This document shows positions 39,485-46,779 of a stretch of DNA of 64,000 bases, one piece after another. Numbering within the stretch: the stretch's first letter is position 1; each line of letters opens with the position of its first letter. The stretch covers positions 1 through 64,000 of IMG/VR virus record IMGVR_UViG_3300034044_000040. One strand, given 5' to 3'. The stretch comes from a virus. The translations under genes were made by a program, and so were the position numbers. Under the pieces are notes generated by a model, which made no database searches, had not been told where the DNA came from, and saw only the letters and a program-made list of their open reading frames with translations.

Positions 39485-41212
39485 ATGACTAACATTCCAA
39501 CGACTACTACCATGACGCAAGAGCAAGCGGAGCAGCGTAACGCTGATGCGTTCAACGAAAAGCTCCGCGTGCTTGACGCCGCAGCGTGTGGCGTCATCCT
39601 TTGCCGCACACGTGAACCACATCGCGCCATCGAGGCCGTTCGCAACTATGCGTTTTCCCGTGAAGGTATGGGATTTTCAAACTGGACGCCACTTTACGGA
39701 TGGGAAACCTATGATCGGGCTGATCCACTGAAAGACCCGGACACGGACGGTGAGCAGAACCCAGTGCCCGCCTTGCACAAAATCGGCGGCATCGGGTCGG
39801 GGCAGGGTATGCCCAACGGTTTCTATACCGTATTTTTCCCGCATTTCTGGCTCAAGGATAATGTGGGCGCACGGGTGCCAATCATCTATACGCTGAAAGA
39901 ATACGTGCGCCTGTTCTCTGAGACAAAGCGCCGCCTCGTGCTGATCGCACCGGTCGGGTACACATTGCCCACAGAGATCGCGGAAGATGTCGTGGTTCTA
40001 GATTTCGATACACCCAGCTTTGCAGAATTGCGGGCCAGTCTCGATTTCCTTCTGGACACGCTGGCAAACAATCCGAACATCGGCGACGATAGCAAGCGCC
40101 GCGTCGTGGCCAAGGGTATCTCGAACATAAGCGACGAGGACAAGCGCCGTATCGTGGCTGCGGGCATGGGCATGAGCCAGCAGGAATTCGAGACCGCAGT
40201 GAGCCGCGCCCTTGTCACATATCGCAGGCAGCTCCCTGCCCTTCCGATTGACGGCATCGTTGACGAGGTTATGTCGGTGAAAACCGAGGTGGTCAAACGC
40301 TCCGAGGTTCTTGAGGTCATGCCAACCACGGGCATGGATCAGGTCGGCGGGCTGGATAACCTGAAGGAATGGGTTGTGAAGCGCAGGGCGTGTTTCTCTA
40401 CCGAGGCGAAAGAATTCGGCATTGAGGCACCGAAAGGGGCTGGTCTGTTCGGACCTCCGGGGACCGGCAAAAGCCTCAGCGCCAAGGCCATCGCGTCCTC
40501 ACTCGGGCTGCCCCTGATCAAGTTTGACGTGGGCCGCGTGTTCCAGTCCCTTGTCGGGCAATCTGAGGAGCGTGTCAGGGCATCCCTGAAGATGCTCGAC
40601 AGTCTCGCGCCCTGCGTCGTTTTGCTGGACGAGATTGACAAAGCCTTCCAAACCAACTCAGGCGGCGATAGCGGGGTATCCCAGCGCGTGCTCGGGGCCA
40701 TCTTGACCCACATGCAGGAAAGTAGCTCCCCTATCTTCTGGGTGTTCTCAGCCAACCGTGTTGACCGGCTTCCACCTGAATTGCTGCGCAGGGGTCGCTT
40801 GGATGAAATATTCGCGGTCACGGTTCCGGACGAGGACGAGCGGCTGGAAATCCTGAAAATCCATCTGAACAAGCGCAAGCAAAAGGCGGATGATATTCCG
40901 GAACTCGACGCCGCCGTCGCAGCATCAGAAGGGTACGTGCCTGCGGAAATTGAACAGGCGGTCAAGGATGCGCTGATCGAGGCGTTCACCAACGGTGGAG
41001 CTATCACTGGACCACTGATCGCGGAGCAGCTGGCGAACATGAAACCATTGTCTGAGGCGTTCGCGGAAGATTTCAACGCCATGCAGCAATGGGCGGAAAA
41101 CAATGCACGCCCTGCGTCGGCGCGGATCAAGCGGGCCTTACCGCTGGTTCGGGATCGCGCAAGCCGCCCCTCCTCAGCAGGTGGCGGGCGTGCGGTACAG
41201 ATTGGGGCATAG
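39485..41212 (+). CDS. AAA+ ATPase, Ycf46-like
   Basis: VGGLDNLKEW, GPPGTGKS, VGQSEE, LLDEIDK, SAN...LPPELLRRGRLDEIF. Confidence 0.92.
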   Translation: MTNIPTTTTMTQEQAEQRNADAFNEKLRVLDAAACGVILCRTREPHRAIEAVRNYAFSREGMGFSNWTPLYGWETYDRADPLKDPDTDGEQNPVPALHKIGGIGSGQGMPNGFYTVFFPHFWLKDNVGARVPIIYTLKEYVRLFSETKRRLVLIAPVGYTLPTEIAEDVVVLDFDTPSFAELRASLDFLLDTLANNPNIGDDSKRRVVAKGISNISDEDKRRIVAAGMGMSQQEFETAVSRALVTYRRQLPALPIDGIVDEVMSVKTEVVKRSEVLEVMPTTGMDQVGGLDNLKEWVVKRRACFSTEAKEFGIEAPKGAGLFGPPGTGKSLSAKAIASSLGLPLIKFDVGRVFQSLVGQSEERVRASLKMLDSLAPCVVLLDEIDKAFQTNSGGDSGVSQRVLGAILTHMQESSSPIFWVFSANRVDRLPPELLRRGRLDEIFAVTVPDEDERLEILKIHLNKRKQKADDIPELDAAVAASEGYVPAEIEQAVKDALIEAFTNGGAITGPLIAEQLANMKPLSEAFAEDFNAMQQWAENNARPASARIKRALPLVRDRASRPSSAGGGRAVQIGA

Positions 41213-41325
41213 GTACCCTCACGCGCCTGTCCCTTTCGATGAATGGCAGGCGCGTGCGCCCCAATACCCGGTGGGAGCTAACCCCTCCCACCGGGGCCTT
41301 ATTTCCGATGTTATAGGAGGCCAAT

Positions 41326-41985
41326 ATGCTATTACACACGACAACCGGGTCTGAGACCTTCGACACAGGGTCATGCAAGTACCAAGTCGTGGTCATGCCC
41401 ACGAGAAATCTGAGGTTACCAAAAGAGGTGTTCATTTCCATGGCTGCACGGTCACCGGGTAATGAATGTAATATACGGACCGCGAGGATGCAGAAGATAG
41501 CGGTGGTAGCGGGGTCCATGGTCGATTTCGGGACTTGGTGGCAGTCGGTATATGAGGTACCAGACGGCCTGATACTCAAGGTGTTCGGACAGCGAACCAT
41601 GCGTGCAAGCTCATATGGTGCGCGTGGTGGTAACCTCACGCAAACGGGCGCGCTGTTAATCAAAACAAGAGCGGATGCAGCCCTGAGAAGTATTCAATGT
41701 CAGACGACCGGGAACACGCGCGCCACGTTCAGCGATGTCAGGATCGAGGGACGATTTGACGTATTGTCGCTCAGGGATGCGGTGCAACAAGGGGTGATCA
41801 TAAACATGTCCTATGCAAAACAGTTCGTTGCACATCAGGATATTGCTGCCCTGTTCAGGGAAACCCTGATGGATGCGGAGATCGCTGCCCCGGCACAGGC
41901 TGCAACGGTGACGGTTCGCAATGATGAAGGTAATGAGGTGCAGATAACGACAAGAAAACGACGCCGCGCCATAAATTTCGATTAA
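41326..41985 (+). CDS. hypothetical protein
   Basis: AGGAGG RBS; ends RKRRRAINFD. Confidence 0.7.
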   Translation: MLLHTTTGSETFDTGSCKYQVVVMPTRNLRLPKEVFISMAARSPGNECNIRTARMQKIAVVAGSMVDFGTWWQSVYEVPDGLILKVFGQRTMRASSYGARGGNLTQTGALLIKTRADAALRSIQCQTTGNTRATFSDVRIEGRFDVLSLRDAVQQGVIINMSYAKQFVAHQDIAALFRETLMDAEIAAPAQAATVTVRNDEGNEVQITTRKRRRAINFD

Positions 41986-41993
41986 AATATGTC

Positions 41994-42021
41994 TTGCAAA
42001 TAATCGTGGCCGTGGTATTAT
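41994..42021 (+). promoter_or_regulatory. Early promoter, family copy 6
   Basis: TTGCAA-ataatcgtggccgtgg-TATTAT. Confidence 0.8.
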
Positions 42022-42053
42022 AAAGTATAGATCAGAGAGAAAGGAAAACATCT

Positions 42054-42521
42054 ATGTCACACACAACAACTCTTCGCGGGGTTCAGATCACGAACCCAAC
42101 AGCCATTCAGCGTGCAGTCGCAGACCTTGTTAGTCAAGGCATCCAGATCGAGCTTCTGGAAAACGCGACACCGCGCATGTATTACAAGCGCCAAGAAAAC
42201 GAAATTGGCAAATGCGACTACGTGCTCAAAATCGCAAACTCACGCTATGACGTGGGGCTGAAGTGGAACGCCAAGGAAAAGCAGTACGACGCAATCATGG
42301 ACACATGGGCCGGTGAGGTGGCTGGTCAAATTGGCGCGACCTGCCCTGCACCCCGTGATGCGGGCAAACAAGGTGAGCACGCCATCGGAAAATTCACCCA
42401 GCGTTACCTCCTGCACGCCGCGAAGATTTCGGCGATGAATGAGGGGTATTCCGTTATCGGTGAAAACATCGGTGATGATGGTGCCATCCAGCTGGAACTC
42501 GCAGTGGACAATTACGCATAG
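42054..42521 (+). CDS. DUF1257 (Ycf35)-like protein
   Basis: MSH...I.....A...L...YDVG...Y...D.W...QRY...A...GY...DGAIQL pattern. Confidence 0.75.
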   Translation: MSHTTTLRGVQITNPTAIQRAVADLVSQGIQIELLENATPRMYYKRQENEIGKCDYVLKIANSRYDVGLKWNAKEKQYDAIMDTWAGEVAGQIGATCPAPRDAGKQGEHAIGKFTQRYLLHAAKISAMNEGYSVIGENIGDDGAIQLELAVDNYA

Positions 42522-42571
42522 TCAAAACTGACCGTGCGGACAAATCGTAGATTAGAAAGAAGGATAACGAC

Positions 42572-42775
42572 ATGAAAACGATCACAGTGACAATTCCACA
42601 GTATGGATCACCAAAGGTGGAGGCCAATGGTTTTGACGGTGAGGGTTGTGCAGCCGCCACCAAGCCGATTGAACAGGCCCTGTCCGGAAACATCAAAGCT
42701 GATGTGGAATACAAGCCGGAATGGTCAAACCCGGAAACCCACTCAGAGCATGAGGAGGAAACCCTGAAATGGTAA
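42572..42775 (+). CDS. DUF2997-like protein
   Basis: ITVTI...G...VEANGFDGEGC...T..IEQAL.G......KPEW. Confidence 0.8.
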   Translation: MKTITVTIPQYGSPKVEANGFDGEGCAAATKPIEQALSGNIKADVEYKPEWSNPETHSEHEEETLKW

Positions 42776-43116
42776 CGCAGGTGATCACGATCACTCGGGA
42801 CGGGGTTCTGTCGGGTTTGCAAGTCAAACCCGGCAAGGGCTTGGACCTTCGCCAATTCGGAAAGGCAGATATAGTCCGCGCATCTGAAATCGCGTGGGAT
42901 GGTGAAGTACAAGCGTGGTTCGTTGACGTCATACAGGAGGCCGGTCGGGGTAAACTCACAGTCGCCAAGTGGCGCAAGGCTGGATTGCAGGGTGATCCTG
43001 CTCACGCGAATAGCACTGAAGCTGATGATGAGGTATACATGTTCGACGGTTACGACGACGCCGTGGCAGCAGAAATCGAGTATCTCAACGCGCTCCGGTG
43101 GCAGGGTATCTACTGA
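42769..43116 (+). CDS. conserved partner protein of the DUF1257/DUF2997 module
   Basis: I..DG...LDL..FG...IVRASEI...W.VD...F..YDDAVAAEIEYL. Confidence 0.65.
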   Translation: MVTQVITITRDGVLSGLQVKPGKGLDLRQFGKADIVRASEIAWDGEVQAWFVDVIQEAGRGKLTVAKWRKAGLQGDPAHANSTEADDEVYMFDGYDDAVAAEIEYLNALRWQGIY

Positions 43117-43271
43117 TCCCGAAAACTTTTCGTTGCAACCCGTTGCATAATTCAAGACAGCCAAAGGGCACGACGGAAATGTACACAAGCTATGGGGAGT
43201 GCTGATAATGTGCTCCCCACATATGGTGTAAAGGGGAAAATCTGATAAAATTTATACCGCTCACAAAATGA

Positions 43272-43300
43272 TTGACGTATACCAAATTGTTGCACATAGT
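43272..43300 (+). promoter_or_regulatory. possible promoter of the replication operon
   Basis: TTGACG-17 nt-CATAGT in a 340-bp AT-rich intergenic region. Confidence 0.4.
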
Positions 43301-43458
43301 GGGCGACACCTGCCAGACATCCCGAACCGATACAGGGCAAAATAATTGGCAGGTATTCAACCTTAACAGAGCTGGGCGCGAACCCGTTCTGTAGCTAAAA
43401 CGGCAGGATCACCCTGCATATGTATGAAGCACGGCCTTTCGCGGGCCATTGATAACGT

Positions 43459-44967
43459 ATGGGCACACCGATAATGAATAACACAGAGAGCGTCGTAATC
43501 AATTTTGATCCGATAGGGCCAACACGTGTTGGGGACAAATTTGAAAGAGGGCTGTCGGGTGACAAGATAACACCCCTTGATCGCCAGAGCGTTGTGCAAC
43601 ATTTGAGCCGGGTGTGGAGAGCGCACCTCACACCCACAGAGGGATGGGTGATGTTGTATATCCTAGACAGATCAGTTGATTGGGGTAAACCCACATTTAA
43701 GGCGAGCCATGGCAACGTGATAAATGGTGCACCCGGATATGCAGGCGTCGGCATGGGTAGATCAGCTTACCTCAGCGTGTTATCCTCTTTGGAGAAAAAA
43801 GGGGCCATTATCCGGAAGCCTTTGGCAAAATGCACAGAGATCGGCATAAATTTTAAGTGGAACCCGGAGGATAAAACCATGTTGCTGCCCGTTCCAAAGC
43901 GCAAGCAGTCCGGAAAACAGGACGCCTCACCCGTCCGGAAAACCGGACTATACCCGTCCGGAAAACCGGACACAGAAGAAAGAGAGTTAAAGAAAGAAAG
44001 TACCCTTACCGGATCGCCTTCGGCTCACCGGGGTGGTTTTGAAAATTCTCTTTCCGGAAAAGACAAAAAACCAGAAATTTTGCCGGACGAAAATTGCAAC
44101 CCGTTGCAGCGGGGCAAAGAGGCCACAGACACCATCCGGGATCGGCTGACTACCATGCAATCTTCGATGACACGCAAAACAGTTGTGGCTGCGGAAGTCT
44201 CGAAAACAAAAAAGAAACCGAACGCCGCCGACATGGAGCGCGTGTTCGTGCTCGCAATGAAAGAAACTTTTCCAGACATCAACCACGTGCGGTGGGGCAA
44301 GGTTCAGAAGGCTAAGGTGAAACGTGCGATGGCTGCATATTCTTTTGACAACACGATCACGCTTCCCGCTCTGATCGACTGGGGCGTCAGAAACTGGAAA
44401 CCTCTGCTATCCGGACCCTTCAGTTTCATGACAAACGCCTGTGACGTGCCCTCGATAAATTATCTGCTGTCGGAGGGCGTGACCCGGCTTTTGGCCAGTG
44501 CATACGCGAGCAAATCCCTAAAGGCCCTCGCGAACGATTTTGAGGTGGACGAATTGACCCGCCTGAAGGCACGCGGCATGACTGAGGAAGAGGCCCTCGC
44601 ACATATCGGCGAGGCCCGCGCGGCGCGCAGGATGCGTGAGGAGAACGAGAAAATAAAGCGGGATGCTGCAAATAAGCTGGCACAGGCTGCGGATAGAGAA
44701 GATCGCGCGGCGCGTCTTGAGGGTATCGGGGAAAAACTTCTGGAGGCTGGGGTGCCCGTCACTCCGGTTGCCGCGAAAAAACCGGGGCAGGTGTGGGGTG
44801 GTCAGGCCATACCGCATCCCGATAGTCCAGCGATGCGAGAAAAACGCAGACTTGCCCGTGCCTACACAGAGAGGGTTGAAACACCTGCACAAACAAGGAC
44901 ACCTCGCAAGTGGGAAGATGTGGTCGCATTGAGAAATGCTGCTCGGGGTACAAATCAAGATGACTGA
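43459..44967 (+). CDS. replication initiator (lambda O-like, N-terminal wHTH)
   Basis: LTPTE..VMLYILDR...WGK...GMGRS....LSSLEKKG; internal iterons; upstream of loader and helicase. Confidence 0.7.
   Translation: MGTPIMNNTESVVINFDPIGPTRVGDKFERGLSGDKITPLDRQSVVQHLSRVWRAHLTPTEGWVMLYILDRSVDWGKPTFKASHGNVINGAPGYAGVGMGRSAYLSVLSSLEKKGAIIRKPLAKCTEIGINFKWNPEDKTMLLPVPKRKQSGKQDASPVRKTGLYPSGKPDTEERELKKESTLTGSPSAHRGGFENSLSGKDKKPEILPDENCNPLQRGKEATDTIRDRLTTMQSSMTRKTVVAAEVSKTKKKPNAADMERVFVLAMKETFPDINHVRWGKVQKAKVKRAMAAYSFDNTITLPALIDWGVRNWKPLLSGPFSFMTNACDVPSINYLLSEGVTRLLASAYASKSLKALANDFEVDELTRLKARGMTEEEALAHIGEARAARRMREENEKIKRDAANKLAQAADREDRAARLEGIGEKLLEAGVPVTPVAAKKPGQVWGGQAIPHPDSPAMREKRRLARAYTERVETPAQTRTPRKWEDVVALRNAARGTNQDD
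43908..43971. repeat. iterons / putative replication origin
   Basis: GTCCGGAAAAC(A/C)GGAC at 43908, 43933, 43956; each is a hyphenated palindrome; A-rich tract follows. Confidence 0.75.
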
Positions 44968-45493
44968 GCTTGAAACCCATCATAGAAAATCGCTGACGGA
45001 TGCCGGGATCGGGGCCGTGTATCACGATCAGGGGTTGTCCGATGCTGGCACGCAGGGCGAAACCCTGAAGAAATTTTTGATCAGCGGCGGCGGTGACGAA
45101 ATGAAGTATCAGGGGGGCAGCCTCATGCTGCACGGGTATTCCCGCAATGCAGTCACACTTCTGGCACGGGCGCTTCACCTACACGGGTGTGGTGTTCGCA
45201 TGGTCAGCCTATCAAAACTGGTCACGCTGCGCCGCCGCAATAACGAGGCGTGGGAGGACATCGTGGATTGCAGGGCACTGTTCATCATTCCGGCGCAAAC
45301 CAACCGTGACAATCCGCTATCCCCTTGGCAGGCAGACGAGACGGAAGATTTCCTGCTCACCCGTGCACAGGGACAAAAATCCGTCGTCATGTGTTTCGAT
45401 GACGCACTTCCAGAAAAACCTTGGTGGTCTGATGACTTCCTGAAATCACTTGCAAAATATGCAACCGTGATGAACGCCGGAGACAAAAAATGA
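44960..45493 (+). CDS. DnaC/IstB-like helicase loader (degenerate)
   Basis: AGI...Y; GSLMLHG; L..R....KS; position between initiator and DnaB. Confidence 0.5.
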   Translation: MTELETHHRKSLTDAGIGAVYHDQGLSDAGTQGETLKKFLISGGGDEMKYQGGSLMLHGYSRNAVTLLARALHLHGCGVRMVSLSKLVTLRRRNNEAWEDIVDCRALFIIPAQTNRDNPLSPWQADETEDFLLTRAQGQKSVVMCFDDALPEKPWWSDDFLKSLAKYATVMNAGDKK

Positions 45494-46779
45494 GTGCAGG
45501 TCTACAAACATTATCGGCCCTGATCACGACGCAAAGTCGCGACCTTTATCGGTCGATGACCACCAATTTTTTCGTTGAAGATGAGGTTCCAGCGTGGAAT
45601 TTTTTCACGCAATATACGGATCGGTACGGGGCCTTCCCTTCCCTGCAAGTGATGCAGGAAAACGGGTTTCCTCTACCAGAACCCTCCGGCACCGCTCAGT
45701 ATCATCGTGATCAGCTGCAAGATCGTTTCGCCTATAATCATTGGATGCAACACAGCGAGGAATTTTTCCAGAGGGTGCAGGGTGGTTACATGTCAGAGGC
45801 CCGTGACATTCTAGAGGATATTCTGTTCGGATGGCGCGGCATGGATACGGTGCGTGATACCTTCACCTTGCAGGATGCCATTTCCATGGTCGTCGAAGAT
45901 TACCAGATAGCACGCGATCTACACGGGCAGCTGCGTGGTATCACATATGGTTGGTCTGAACTGGATGACCGCACCGGCGGGTGCAGGGATGGGGACGTGG
46001 CCACCATTGTTGCGAGACCCGGCGCGGGGAAGACGTTCACGATCCTCAAGATGGCAGCCCACGCATGGGAGCAGGGAAATCCCGTGGTTGTGGTATCCAT
46101 GGAGATGAACGCAATAGAGATGGCACGCCGCATACTTTCCATGGGATCGGGCGTGTCCGCAGACTTCATCCAACGCGGCACGCTGTCAGAGTGGGGTGAG
46201 GAGGTGATGATGGCCAGCGTCGAGCGTGTTGCAAACATGCCACCTTTTCACCTTTTGGTTGGTAACCTGACGAAATCGGTGCGCGACGTGGACATGCTGA
46301 TCCAAGAGCACAGCCCACGGGCAGTGTATGTCGATGCAGGGTACCTGTTGAACCCGGCGGGGAAGAAGCCGGGTGCGAGGCGGTTTGAACTCGCAGCTGA
46401 GACCATACGCGAACTCAAAGACCTCGCGATGCGCCGCAGCAAGCCGATCATCCAGACCGTGCAATTCAATCGACAACAGAAACAAGATGAGGATATGAGC
46501 CTAGACAACATCGGGCAAACCGATGAGATCGGGCAAATAAGCTCACTCGTTCTGGGGATGAAAAAAGGGGCCGCGCCAAATGAGAGCACAAGGCGCAGAT
46601 ACACTGTCGTAAAAAACAGGCATGGTGAAGATTACTGGGGGTTTGAAACCAATTTCCAGCATTCCCCTTTCAACATGGATTTTATTGACGAAGGTGACGG
46701 TGGGGACAACGATCCTGACGGCGAGTATGACGGAACGCAGGGCGATCAGCCGGTCACAAATGAATGGAGCCGCGTATGA
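45490..46779 (+). CDS. dnaB: replicative helicase
   Basis: ARPGAGKT, SMEM, VYVDAGYL, LKDLA, QFNR, KNRHG. Confidence 0.9.
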   Translation: MSAGLQTLSALITTQSRDLYRSMTTNFFVEDEVPAWNFFTQYTDRYGAFPSLQVMQENGFPLPEPSGTAQYHRDQLQDRFAYNHWMQHSEEFFQRVQGGYMSEARDILEDILFGWRGMDTVRDTFTLQDAISMVVEDYQIARDLHGQLRGITYGWSELDDRTGGCRDGDVATIVARPGAGKTFTILKMAAHAWEQGNPVVVVSMEMNAIEMARRILSMGSGVSADFIQRGTLSEWGEEVMMASVERVANMPPFHLLVGNLTKSVRDVDMLIQEHSPRAVYVDAGYLLNPAGKKPGARRFELAAETIRELKDLAMRRSKPIIQTVQFNRQQKQDEDMSLDNIGQTDEIGQISSLVLGMKKGAAPNESTRRRYTVVKNRHGEDYWGFETNFQHSPFNMDFIDEGDGGDNDPDGEYDGTQGDQPVTNEWSRV

